Shown here one piece after another: positions 22,808 through 36,241 of a DNA stretch of 49,639 nucleotides; within the stretch, counting starts at the first letter, position 1, and every line of letters begins with the position of its first letter. The DNA comes from Octopus bimaculoides. Lineage: Eukaryota. The notes beneath the pieces are model-generated. The model did not search any database, was not told the DNA's origin, and worked only from the letters and a program-made list of their open reading frames with translations. The position numbers and the translations under genes were made by a program. Location: contig NC_068982.1 of assembly GCF_001194135.2 (NCBI RefSeq), positions 46,126,214-46,175,852 of the forward strand, in the 5' to 3' direction.

Positions 22808-22852
22808 GGCCAGAGTTCTTTCGTCAAACTTCTGTGACCTCATCAGTGGTCC
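22808..22852 (-). ncRNA. Minimal type I hammerhead ribozyme (in a Penelope-type repeat at about 22695-22925)
   Basis: GGACCA-CUGAUGA-g-GUCA cagaaguu UGAC-GAAA-G aa CU-C/UGGCC: canonical core, 4-bp stem II, 2-bp stem III. Predicted CUC cleavage between 22813 and 22812. Confidence 0.7.
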
Positions 22853-23259
22853 TTTGCTTTCTTCTTTCTTTTTTGTGTTTCTCCTTACTAATAATCTGCC
22901 ATTTTGTATTCCTGTTGTATGCGTCTTTATTTGCGTATGCGTATATCCCTGTGTATGTCTATGTTCAGTAAGTGTGTGTGTGTGTGGGAATGTGTATGGT
23001 ACTTGCATTACCAGTATCCCCTGTTTATTCACGTTCGTTTAATTCACTTTTATTTATTTTATTCATTTGTTTTTATCTACTTACTTTTTCATTTCTTTCT
23101 TTTTTGTATTAATTTAGTTTAATTTATTTTATTTTGTTTATATATATAATTATTTAGTTCTATTTATTTATCTGTGTATTAGATTAGCTTCATATTATTA
23201 TCAGTTTATAGGGATATTATTCTGTCATAGGCTGTGGTGTATGTGGGGTGGTGGTGCTA

Positions 23260-23543
23260 GTGAGTGGATTTGGTAGACGGAAACGAAAAAAAGAAGCCTG
23301 TCGTGTATGTATGTATATATGTGTGTGTGTGTGTGTGTGTGCGCATGCGTGTATTTGTGTGTGTATGTATGCATGTATGTGTGTGTGTATCTGTGTGTCT
23401 GTTTGTTCCCCCAGCATCGCTTGACCGATAGAATAAGTACTAGGCTTACAAAGAATAAGTTCTGGGGTTGATTTGCTCGACTAAAGGCGGTGCTCCAGTA
23501 TGGCCGCAATCAGATGACTGAAACACGTAAAAGAATAAAAGAA
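23260..23543 (+). mobile_element. SINE D, 5'-truncated, with internal (TG)/(TA) microsatellite
   Basis: gtgagtggatttggtagacggaaac...aagaagcctgtcgt-[microsatellite]-...gatagaataagtactaggcttac...ggtgctccagtatggccgc...gactgaaacacgtaaaagaataaaag. Confidence 0.88.
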
Positions 23544-24029
23544 TATATATATATATATANNNNNNNNNNNNNNNNNNNNNNNNNNNNNNNNNNNNNNNNN
23601 NNNNNNNNNNNNNNNNNNNNNNNNNNNNNNNNNNNNNNNNNNNNNNNNNNNNNNNNNNNNNNNNNNNNNNNNNNNNNNNNNNNNNNNNNNNNNNNNNNNN
23701 NNNNNNNNNNNNNNNNNNNNNNNNNNNNNNNNNNNNNNNNNNNNNNNNNNNNNNNNNNNNNNNNNNNNNNNNNNNNNNNNNNNNNNNNNNNNNNNNNNNN
23801 NNNNNNNNNNNNNNNNNNNNNNNNNNNNNNNNNNNNNNNNNNNNNNNNNNNNNNNNNNNNNNNNNNNNNNNNNNNNNNNNNNNNNNNNNNNNNNNNNNNN
23901 NNNNNNNNNNNNNNNNNNNNNNNNNNNNNNNNNNNNNNNNNNNNNNNNNNNNNNNNNNNNNNNNNNNNNNTTTATATAACGAAAAAAAAAAAAATACAAT
24001 CGTAACGTTCTCTTTTTACTCCAATTTTT

Positions 24030-24116
24030 GTTCAATTTCTTTTCTATGTTACCTTTTTTTATGACGTTTATATTATTTTTATTCTGCTTTCCTTTCTTTC
24101 TTTCTTTCTTTCTTTT

Positions 24117-24152
<36 letters not shown>

Positions 24153-24790
24153 TCATTTTCTAATTTTCTTTTACTATTTTCATCTTTTCCTTTCTTTAAT
24201 TCATTCTTTCATTCTTTCTTTCTTTCTTTATTTTATTTTTAGCTTTCTTACCCCTATTTCTTTATTCTTGCTACTTCTTTCTTTTTCACTTTAATTCCAT
24301 TTTTAACCCTTTTTTGCATCATCTTTCCCTTAATGTCTCATTTTGCTTTCATCTCTAACTCTCTCATTGTCCCCCTCCTCTCGCATTCCTTTACATTTTC
24401 TCTCCCTCTCTTTTCTCATTCTCCTCTCTCTCATCCCTCACTCTCTTCATTCCCCTCTTTCTCACTCTCTCACATTTATTCCTCCCCTCTTCCTTTCTCT
24501 CACTCATATTCTTAATTCCAACCTGTCATTCTCACTAACTCATCTTCCAATTGTCAAACTTGCCTTTTCTCACATCTTTTCTTAATCTCTCTCGCCAGTT
24601 CTCTCTCTTTTCTTCGTCATTCATGTATTTTTATCCTAGCATTATTTTCTTTATTATTTTCTCATTCTCTTTTCTTTTAAGTCATTTCTTGTTCTTTCAT
24701 TTCTTCATCTTTAAATCCTAATTTTTATATTTATTTAATCCTCACTTACTACATTTTCTTTTCCTCCCATCTTTTTTTCAAACTAAATTG
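24030..24790. repeat. Long pyrimidine-rich (TTTC/CT) low-complexity tract
   Basis: About 750 bp that is overwhelmingly T/C on the + strand. Confidence 0.9.
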
Positions 24791-24963
24791 TATGTGTAGC
24801 TCTTTAAAATATTCTTGAGCACACTTCGTAAAAAGAAAATAAGAAGAAGTGTCTATCTATGAGCAAAAGCAGTTTTGTTTAACCTGCTAGAAATAGTAAC
24901 CAAATCTCATACCCTATTCTTTTAAACAAACAATAAAAATTACAATCTAAATAATGCAGCCAA

Positions 24964-25012
<49 letters not shown>

Positions 25013-25431
25013 GGAATTGACTTGAATGGAAATCTTTCATCGCTCTTGAGTTAAACAACTAAAACGACAGCAACAACATCTGCTCCCACAACTACTAACT
25101 GTTGTTCTTGTTGGAGAATCTCTTAAAAAGTTCCTCAAATTTTGTTCCTTGACGTGTTTCCTTATACCTGGTCCTGCAAATAACTCACTTCAACTTTGGC
25201 GTCTGACAGAATGAGAAACATTCTGTGCAACTACTAGAAGCCCTCTCTATCCTGTAGCAAAGCGTTTCTGAATTGCTGCATGGACATAAGTTTTATATGT
25301 TGAGGAGGTAAAAGAACCTTTTTCGAGTCAACCAAACTTTCTCAAAAGACATTTTTTGTTCCTAGTTTAAGCGTATCCCTAGTTGGCTGTTCTTCTTTTT
25401 AGACCAATGGGATCAAATTCCCAGCCTAAGC

Positions 25432-25432
<1 letters not shown>

Positions 25433-25462
<30 letters not shown>

Positions 25463-25507
25463 CTTCTTCTTCTTCTTCTTCTTCTTCTTCTTCTTCTTCT
25501 TCTTCTT

Positions 25508-25537
<30 letters not shown>
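25433..25537. repeat. (CTT)n microsatellite
   Basis: Pure trinucleotide run. Confidence 0.97.
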
Positions 25538-25539
<2 letters not shown>

Positions 25540-25954
25540 CACCACCTTTCCTTCCTCATCTTTTTTTTTACTGTTGGGGAACTAGCATTCAAAACGTTAA
25601 AACCCTTTTCCTTTCCTTCCAAGCGTTATACTGATAACACCTTTGTTAAAACTTGCTTCGCTGGCTCATTCATCATATGCGCACGCGAATGCATATTATA
25701 CATAATATATATACCCAAGCATTCATATATGTGTTAGTGTGGAAAGGGTGTGTGCTTTTTGTCGATATTTTTCAGCAAGGGAAGGAAATCTCGGCGAGAA
25801 AGCGCAAAGAACTATGCTTCAGGACCAAACGAAGCCCCTTGCGAAACTGGCCACTCTTACGGTGAAAATTTTAATGAATTAGAGAGTGGCTGGTCGGGAG
25901 CATATAATCAACCTTGTATCCTTTGAAAAAAGAAATGTTAAAAATTATGAGTTA

Positions 25955-26325
25955 CTTTTTAAATCTTTAACTTGTTTTAGTCATTAGACTGCGGTCATGT
26001 TGGGGCACCGCCATGAAGAATGCTTAATTGATTAAATCGACCCCAGTACTTTTTTAAAGCCTGGTACATATTCTGTCGGTTTTACGGGGACGTAAACACA
26101 CCCGTTGACAAGTTGTGGTGGTGACAAAAAGACACAAAAAGACACACATTCACACATGTTTACGACGGGCTTCTTTCAGTTTCCGTCTACCAAATCCACT
26201 TACAAAGCTATCATCGGCCCGAGACAATAGCAGAAGACACTTGCTCAATGTCTCACGTAGTGAGACTGAATCCAGAACCATGCTGTCGGGAAGCAAGCTT
26301 CTTAGCATACAGCCACGCCTGCGCC
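25955..26325 (-). mobile_element. Near full-length SINE D
   Basis: The reverse complement has a tRNA-like head (ggcgtggctgtatgctaagaagcttgcttccc...ggttctggattcagtctc), CORE-like ttgagcaagtgtcttct, aagaagcccgtcgt, a short (TG) tract and the family 3' end. Confidence 0.88.
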
Positions 26326-26932
26326 TGACAATTTTTTAGGGGAGCATTCTCGAAATATTTTTGCTACTTTTAATATTGTTGCTACTTTTAATATTGTTGC
26401 TACCAACTAACAACCGTGTCTCGTATTTACTAACACTTCCATATACATTCTTCATTTTAAAATATTACACGATGTCATGTCATGTTATATCACGTTATGT
26501 CTTCTAGAACAATCTTCTGTATCTACCGTCGAAAATTTCTTCAAATACTAATACTAACACTCATATTAGTAGTAATACCAACAACTTTAACATCGAAGAA
26601 ACTAATCAAAAAATTCTTTTGAAGTGGTATAGAATATATCTCATGGAATATTCCCTGCTTATCAATATATTTACTTAGCACTACTGATGAAGTTTCAGAT
26701 ATATTACACAATAGTTGCTTGAGTGTCAGGCTGTACAAACGAATAGCTAAAATTAATCTCCGTCTGTGGAAAGTACTGTACATATTTCATTCACCCAGTG
26801 TTAATTAGTGATAAAGTGATTGCGTATAAACGTGGAAAGAAATCGATTTGTGAAAGGCCAGAGTGTTGTTGCAAAATGCTGTTTCTGCATTAGGATTGGG
26901 CACGCAATGTTTCTAACCACCGGGGGATTTTC

Positions 26933-26968
<36 letters not shown>

Positions 26969-27904
26969 NNNNNNNNNNNNNNNNNNNNNNNNNNNNNNNN
27001 NNNNNNNNNNNNNNNNNNNNNNNNNNNNNNNNNNNNCATACATATATAGATAGATAGATTGATAGAAAGATAGTTAGTGAGATAAATATCGATCTGTGTG
27101 TACAAGGATGCGTAATGTGTAAATGTATAGTGCATATATATACACATACACACATATTATATACATACATACATACAAACATACATATATACATATAAAC
27201 ATACATACATACGTACATCTGTGTGAGTGCTTGTGTATAGCGTTGTATTAAACATAACATGCTATTAGTAAATTAGTAAATGTGGAATTAGATAGACAAA
27301 GGGTAGGTTCTTTTGGAGTTTCTGGTAGTCTGAGGAACCTTTGAAAAACTTTGCAGACTTGAAAGAATAATTTAACTTCATGAAACTGTTAACAACAGTT
27401 AACAAATTGTTTGAAGCTTAGGAAACAAAGTTTATAGAGCTTGCACAGTATATATATATATATATATAGTGTGTGTGTGTGTGTGTGTTTGTGTGTGTAC
27501 GTGCGTGCTTCAGAAAACAAAAACTGCACAGCCAGCAAATGTATAAATTAAGAACAATCAATTTACTATTTTACTGATGTATATACACACGTGCTACATA
27601 CAAAGCTAAGCGTTCAATACATCGTCGACATTTTATTTCGTATGCTAGTAGACGTAACCCCACTATAATTATCAAGCATTAACTGCCGTACCGATATTCA
27701 TTTTCGGTAATCACGAGACTTACCATGAATATACACCACTATATATCTCGAATAATTCAAAAATGTCTTTGTCGCCGTATTTTGACCGAAAATAGCTGAA
27801 GTCTCCCTGGATTTTATGGGCAGGCCTTTTCGCCGTGGCTACTGAATAGCTTATGTATATTTACTGTCTTCTCATTGTCATTTCCCATTTATAAAAACCA
27901 GCGC

Positions 27905-28628
27905 AAAAGCCGCATTCCGTGCAAACATTTAAACTAGCTCCTGCGGAGGGCTAATTGGGCATGCGGCCTAAAATTAAAGAGAGCTAGACGACATGACTAT
28001 AATACATCTATAATGAATGTATATGCTCCGGTGGTGNNNNNNNNNNNNNNNNNNNNNNNNNNNNNNNNNNNNNNNNNNNNNNNNNNNNNNNNNNNNNNNN
28101 NNNNNNNNNNNNNNNNNNNNNNNNNNNNNNNNNNNNNNNNNNNNNNNNNNNNNNNNNNNNNNNNNCTAGACGACATGACTATAATACATCTATAATGAAT
28201 GTATATGCTCCGGTGGTGTTTGATCAAAGGTTAAGGACAGATGAGAATTAATTCACTAATGCAATCATTCTATTATTCCAGTCCCAAGTTGAATTCTAAC
28301 TCCTGGCGAATTTGTCCCAAAGTTCTTATCCCGTCGTAAAATTAACGAAGCAGATGTCATTTATCTCCCCCTTGATTTCTGACGTCATCTGACAAACGCC
28401 AACCAAGATGGCATGAATCAGCCAACCATTATCTGCAAGAAATAGTAAGCCAAATGCTTTTAAATCAGATCCCAATGCTTTATGTTCAAGAACCAAATGA
28501 AGGGCAGAGTTTCAAACCCCGGATCATCCTGATTCCAAAACTGTAAAATATGTCTACGTAGAGCAAATGTAGACTGAGATACAGGGTTCCCAGACGGACA
28601 GAGAGAATTTCGCTTTTATTAATATAGG
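27905..28628 (+). mobile_element. Interspersed repeat, copy 2 (same family as 17290-17790), interrupted by an assembly gap
   Basis: Colinear blocks shared with copy 1; ends cagacggacagagagaatttcgcttttattaatatag. Confidence 0.6.
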
Positions 28629-29460
28629 TAATGTTTAGAAGCAGTTCCATTAGTGTTCTACTGAAACTGCACTGGATCTTACAAATAACAGCAAAATCTA
28701 AATTGTCAGATGCATAGATTGAATGAATAAATGAAGAATACGTACGAGAGAATACAATGCCCCTCTACTGTTCAACTGCAAGTCCTTGATGAAAAAGTAT
28801 TTCACGTATTTGTAGTTGAATGATAAGCCTTAGGAAAAGAAATATTAAACTAAATTTCTGCAGTCTGTCGAATGGAACGCAATGTGATCTTTTGATCAAG
28901 TAGAATAAGCCGGCAAATACCTCACAAATCCCACTCTATACTCTTAAAAAATTGTACGCAAAGAATGACAAGCTTATAGCTGGAAAATGTTTGTTCAAAG
29001 GTCTGATTTTCAAAGCCGACCTATGATTACAAGTAAAAAAAAAATAATGACAAAGATCATGCTTGAATTGTGAGTACTGTCCATCTGACTTTATTTAAAA
29101 CATATTTTCCATGATCATGAGTTGATCTATGACTATACCGAAGACACATACTATGGTAACTTTCCGGCTAATTATCTGCGATCATTAGGCAGAATGTATA
29201 TTTTTTCAGTTATGTTATTTGCCAATTGGCTGGGCGCTCTGTTTTCATTAATCAGTTTCTCTACTGTTAACATGTTATCACTTATCACATTTTAATGGCC
29301 AATTCGCAAACTGTCTACGTCTCTTACTGCCAATTTCGTTATCATACATTTCATTACACACCGAATTGGTAAGGTTTATTAGTTACGCTAGAAAATATTT
29401 TTCGTTTTCTGTAGTCGTTTACGTTCATTTCTGATATCTACCAGTCGTCCTTGTTTTTAA

Positions 29461-29939
29461 TACCTGTCTTAGATTATTCTTTTCTACTCTAGGCACAAGG
29501 CCCGAAATTCTGGGGGAGGGGTTAAGTCGATTAGATCGATCCCAGTACGCAACTGGTACATAATTTATCGACCCCGAAAGGATGAAAGGCAAAGTCGACA
29601 TCGGCGGAAATTGAACTCCGAACGTAAAGACAAAGGAAATATCACTAAGCATTTCGCCGGCCATGCTAACCTTTCTGCCATCTCGCCGCCTTACCTGTCT
29701 TAGATTATTCTTTTCTACTCTAGGCACAAGGCCCGAAATTTTGGAGGAGGGGCCAGTCGATTAGATCTACCCCAGTATGCAACTGGTACTTAATTTATCG
29801 ACACCGAAAGGATGAAAGGTAAAATCGACCTCGGCGGAATTTGAACTCAGAACGTAAAGACAGACGAAATACCGCTAAAGATTTCACCCGGCGTGTTAAC
29901 GTTTCTACCAGTTCGCCGCCTTACCTGTCTTAGATTATT
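29461..29939 (-). mobile_element. Tandem pair of SINE C copies bounded by three copies of an 18-bp repeat
   Basis: TACCTGTCTTAGATTATT at 29461-29478, 29692-29709 and 29922-29939, with a full SINE C (-) between each pair. Confidence 0.92.
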
Positions 29940-30277
29940 GAAATATCAATGATTTACATTAGTGCAGTCTCCTTATGGATATATATGCATAGGTGTGTAT
30001 ACAGTACATGTGTGTGTACATGACTATATGTATATGTGAGGCTTGTATGCGTGTGCATTCTCGCGTGCGTGTACGGTGTATGTGTGTGACAGGGGATCGG
30101 TGTCTGCTAAAGTTTCAGAGGCAAAGCTGGTCTTCCAGACAAATAGTAAAAAACCAAATCTACAATTTGCCTATTCACTGTATGTACAGCAGTGGACGTT
30201 GCCAGTCACTTGCTTTAGTTTTAAAATTGTTATACTTGCATATATCATACATCATCTATGATGTATGATATTGTGTG

Positions 30278-30349
<72 letters not shown>

Positions 30350-30371
30350 GTATGTATGTATGTATATGTAC

Positions 30372-30710
30372 AGACACCCCCAGTAAATTGTTATCCGGTA
30401 TCTGATGTCGCTGAAAGTAATTTTCATAAATATTATAAAGGTTTTTTGTAATTGACGTATCTAACTTATTTCTATTTAATTTGTCCGCCACTTTCTTCCG
30501 TTTGGGTAATAATTTTCCTACTTCGTCTGCTTCTTCTAATGATGCTACGACATTGAACATTGTAGATTCAACATTGACGTCATAGAATTGTACGTTGTTT
30601 AACATTCTGACCAATGTTTCAAAAACGGATTTATCCTGGAGTATACAACGTGATATCACCTCATTGCGCTTGTTAGCAATGTATGTTCGTTGTGTAGTAA
30701 TTATTTTGTA
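30372..30710 (-). other. Stop-free, protein-like frame of about 113 codons (possible exon or TE ORF)
   Basis: YKIITTQRTYIANKRNEVISRCILQDKSVFETLVRMLNNVQFYDVNVESTMFNVVASLEEADEVGKLLPKRKKVADKLNRNKLDTSITKNLYNIYENYFQRHQIPDNNLLGVS. Balanced composition; flanked by microsatellites; no family recognised. Confidence 0.5.
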
Positions 30711-32171
30711 TTAATATATATATATATACTTACATATGTGTATATATGCGTGTGTCTATGTTCATATACACGTGTATGTGTCTCTATTCAGAAGGAAAGG
30801 AAAAAAGAAATTGAAGAAAAGTAAATATAAACGAAAAGGACAGAGGTTAAAAGGACTTTTATATGGGACTAATATCATAGTGTTCTGAGACCTTCAATCA
30901 TCTTATTCTTCTTCAAATTTGCGTTGACCGCTGTGAAGAGACACCTCGAAAACATCCTTTACTGGGGTCATGCTAATCTTGTCTGCTTTAACAGCACAGA
31001 ACACAATAACTATATATCCACCGAATATGTACAGTTTTTGTACAATAACTGTACATATCCACACTAAATATAAACAGCATTCAAGGACACTGAGGGTCTC
31101 AACAAATGCTAAAGGTCACCATGGCACGATCTTGTGCCGAATATGCTTCGTCATCATAGCAAAAACGATATCACGAAAAGGTCCCTTCACCTCAGAGCTA
31201 GAGCATACTTTAGACCCCTAAACACGTCTAACTATTCACAAAGGTTACAGGGGTGCTGTTTCGACATCTTGATTGATGTTTTACTACATACACAGATATC
31301 CTAGAGAATAGCCAAGCTAAAACTACTCGACAGATTGGCATGCAGCAGGTCACAGACACATTGTTCACTCTTTGTGTCGTTTGTACTTTTACAGTAGACT
31401 CTGCTCCTTAAGGTTGGTTGGTCACGTGTCACTTTCACTCTTACATCCTGAACTCATTCGTTTCTGCCTCTTGTCACCCATATTGTATCCATTATCTCAA
31501 GTGTCATACGGATCACTGTACTCAGTGTTTCGTACCTTATACTACGATTTTCTGGAATTTGTTTCCTGTTTCATATGTTTTGTTTTGTTTCTGTTTGTTC
31601 GAAATCTGTGCAGTCTTTCAACCTGCAACTATTAAAAACAAAAAACAAAAAAAAAACATCACGTTGATTTCACTGGTGTCTTTCATAAACAAGTACTGTC
31701 AACCATTTGGCCCTCCAAACCTTGATATTTTGGGACATATTCAACTGAAGCCTTACAAGATACATCTGTATGTATTTGAAAACGTGCAGGTTTCTTGTCG
31801 GTCTATGCTGACCATACCTTTACCGATGCATGTCTAGGACAGGGCAAGATGTTTGAAGACTAGTATTTGCCCATACATACAAGTCTTCTGTCTTCATGCC
31901 ATCAACATTTATCCAGAGGAAGATCCAAAGGTGCTATATTTGAATAAGAGAGACAATGGCAACAACATTTGACATAATGATCTCAAATTTTGTCAGAATG
32001 TCCTTATTTTATTGAACTGAATGTGCGAAAGGAAAAGTTTACCTCGGTGACTATTGAACCTAAGATGTATAAAACCGGACGAAAAGCCACTAAGTACATT
32101 TTATCCGGCGTGGTTAACGATTTTGTTACAGCTCCGCCTTAACAGTATTAGAGATAACTGTAATAATGTTT

Positions 32172-32381
32172 TAAAATTTTAGTACAAGGCCAGCAATTTC
32201 GTGGCAGGGTGCAGGTCGATTACATCGACCCCAGTGTTCAACTGGTAGCTATTCATCGACCCTGAAAGGGATGAAAAGCGAAGTCGACTTCGGCGGAATT
32301 TGAACACAGAACGTAAAGACGGACGAAATACTGCAAAGCATTTTGCCTGGCGTGCTAACGATTCTGCCAGAACGCTGCCTT
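32172..32381 (-). mobile_element. Full-length SINE C with imperfect 18-bp TSD
   Basis: TSD gagataactgtaataatg (32151-32168) and gagataactgtagcaatg (32385-32402). Confidence 0.9.
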
Positions 32382-32819
32382 CCGGAGATAACTGTAGCAA
32401 TGATAACAACAATGACAGTAAAACTTAAAATCCAAGTGGGTTGCAAAATACAAGAAATAGTAAAGACATCACCCTCAAGTATCGATTTTGCCATCCTAGT
32501 TAAATCTTAATGTAAAGATAAATTCGTTATTTTCAAAGTCTTCATATTTTAAACACTTTATTATCACATCACAGTACTACATACTATACTGATATACTAC
32601 CAAGCAATAGTAGAACCTCCACAGGGATGCTCGATCCGTCACCGTAGAAGACAGAAAGAGAATAATCTTCCGAAAGCTATAGCTATGTTCTTCATTTAAT
32701 GAGTAAAAGATGTAGGGAACGCACTTCCTCGATGTATGATGTTAATACATAGAAGTACGCACATTTATATATATATGTGTAACCATAAGCATTGTAAGCA
32801 TGTATTTGTACATGTATCT

Positions 32820-33870
<1,051 letters not shown>

Positions 33871-35064
33871 CTTTCATACTTTCGTGTACTTTTATACTTT
33901 CGTGTACTTTTATAAGCTAAAAATACTAACTCAGCGTGACTTTGCCATGAATTTAGATTAGAAAGTGGAGCAATTGCGTATTAATTATCATATATGATAA
34001 AGTCTCGATTTACGGAAGCCGTATTTGCTTTAAGAGAAAGTAAACGAATACCTAGAGGAACTGGAACTGTCTCCAAACGAGATAGAGCAAATAATGTTGA
34101 GGATTGAACAATATTAATTACCGTTCCAAAACTCATATTTCTGCCTCATTTATCGTCATGAGTATATGAAAAACAACCCAGCGTGACCAAATAGCATGCG
34201 CGCATGCGCTCAGATTTATATATGATATAAATATTACTTAGCATAATAGCTAGGTTAATATGCTACTAGTATACCCCCGTGTTGAGTTGTTCTATCATTC
34301 ATGCAAAGGTAGGCTAAATTGTAACTGTATGGTCGCACAAGATTTATGCGGCATAAACAAATTATATGAATTTCAAAATATATTTAATTATACGTACGTT
34401 TCAAATTGTTATGTAGGAACGCCTACACAGTTGTTCACTTTCTCTGTTCATTTCAAGAGAAATATATTTCGCTTAAAATAATGAGTAACCACTTGAACGT
34501 ATTCGAACGTATTCACAAAACGTATTCGAAATACCGATTAGTCTCTCTCTAGCATTATATATATATATATATATATNNNNNNNNNNNNNNNNNNNNNNNN
34601 NNNNNNNNNNNNNNNNNNNNNNNNNNNNNNNNNNNNNNNNNNNNNNNNNNNNNNNNNNNNNNNNNNNNNNNNNNNNNNNNNNNNNNNNNNNNNNNNNNNN
34701 NNNNNNNNNNNNNNNNNNNNNNNNNNNNNNNNNNNNNNNNNNNNNNNNNNNNNNNNNNNNNNNNNNNNNNNNNNNNNNNNNNNNNNNNNNNNNNNNNNNN
34801 NNNNNNNNNNNNNNNNNNNNNNNNNNNNNNNNNNNNNNNNNNNNNNNNNNNNNNNNNNNNNNNNNNNNNNNNNNNNNNNNNNNNNNNNNNNNNNNNNNNN
34901 NNNNNNNNNNNNNNNNNNNNNNNNNNNNNNNNNNNNNNNNNNNNNNNNNNNNNNNNNNNNNNNNNNNNNNNNNNNNNNNNNNNNNNNNNNNNNNNNNNNN
35001 NNNNNNNNNNNNNNNNNNNNNNNNNNNNNNNNNNNNNNNAACAGACACACAGACAGATATATAT

Positions 35065-35119
<55 letters not shown>

Positions 35120-35334
35120 TTTGTATGTCTGTATTTATATGTATGTGTGAATGCATTTCGTAAATAAAGATAAATTTTAGATAATGTAAACAAGATATTT
35201 ACCAACAAAAGTACACAACGGCTCAACATATAGTCCGTACTATGACTTTATATTAGCGTGGTGTATTCTAATACAATGAGAAACTTTCAAATATTACGCA
35301 TAAAGAAGGTGGAAACTATCTATAGCGAGTTTGT

Positions 35335-35385
35335 TCACGGGACGTCTAGTTGTTTCGGTTATTAATCACCTCTTCAGTCATCGTT
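35335..35385 (-). ncRNA. Degenerate hammerhead-like motif
   Basis: CUGAAGA-GGU gauuaaua ACC-GAAA-C aacuagac GU-C. The core and GUC site are canonical, but stem I pairs poorly. Confidence 0.45.
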
Positions 35386-35633
35386 GAGTTAATGACACTT
35401 ATGTGTTTCAACATACAATATCCTACATTATATATAACTTGTAGACATCAGAAGTGGTGGTAAATAAATCTAGGTGGACCTGCCAAAGAAATGAATCGGT
35501 CGCTTTATATTTCAACAGGAAATAACTGTCTCAGAATGATATATATGTATGAATATATTCTCTCTCCCACCTATTTCCCCTTTCTTTCACGCATACATAC
35601 ATACATATAAATATTTCCAATATATGTTTATGC

Positions 35634-35679
<46 letters not shown>

Positions 35680-36199
35680 GTATGTACATAAACACAAAAG
35701 CATACCTATATACACACCCAAAAACATATGTCGTACGATAAAATTTTTGGCCACTACTTCTATAACCAAATAGTATACTACATAATCTTGATTGATAGTC
35801 CCAGCACAATGATAAACTGAATTATTCAGATAGCTTTGGTTCTTAGTTTAATTCAGAGTAATTTTCAAATCCTTCAAACGTATCCCCCCAAAATACACAA
35901 ACAACAACATCTTTAGAAAATTTCTAGACGTTTTATAAAAGTATTTCAGGTGTCTGACTAATAACATTTTTCGTATATTTTATTGCTTTTCAAAAATGTA
36001 GCTAAACTAACTACGACCCACACCCACCATTAAAAAAAGAGAAAAATTCGTTTCTTTGATCAAAATTTGTCTTTTATTAATAAGGTTGTGCCGAGCCCGC
36101 TTGTCTCTTAATCTATAAGATGTGTTTGTGTATATGTGTAATAAGTATTTATAAATATGCGTGGTCTGTGTGCACATACGTATGTATGTATATACGCAC

Positions 36200-36241
<42 letters not shown>

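Noticed and set aside
25189-25251. Possible 63-nt minus-strand exon (IERASSSCTECFSFCQTPKL) with a GTGAGT donor
   Set aside because: Short, no homology, and expected by chance at this window size.
26678-26718. CTGATGA with a possible stem I (gcacta/tagttgc)
   Set aside because: No stem II, GAAA or UH site between them.
27984-28218. 53-bp perfect direct repeat (27984-28036 and 28166-28218)
   Set aside because: Identical copies on each side of an N gap; the colinear copy at 17.3 kb has this segment once. Typical unmerged contig overlap.
29461-29939. Three identical short repeats at regular spacing (CRISPR-like)
   Set aside because: The spacers are homologous SINE copies, the context is eukaryotic, and there are no cas genes.
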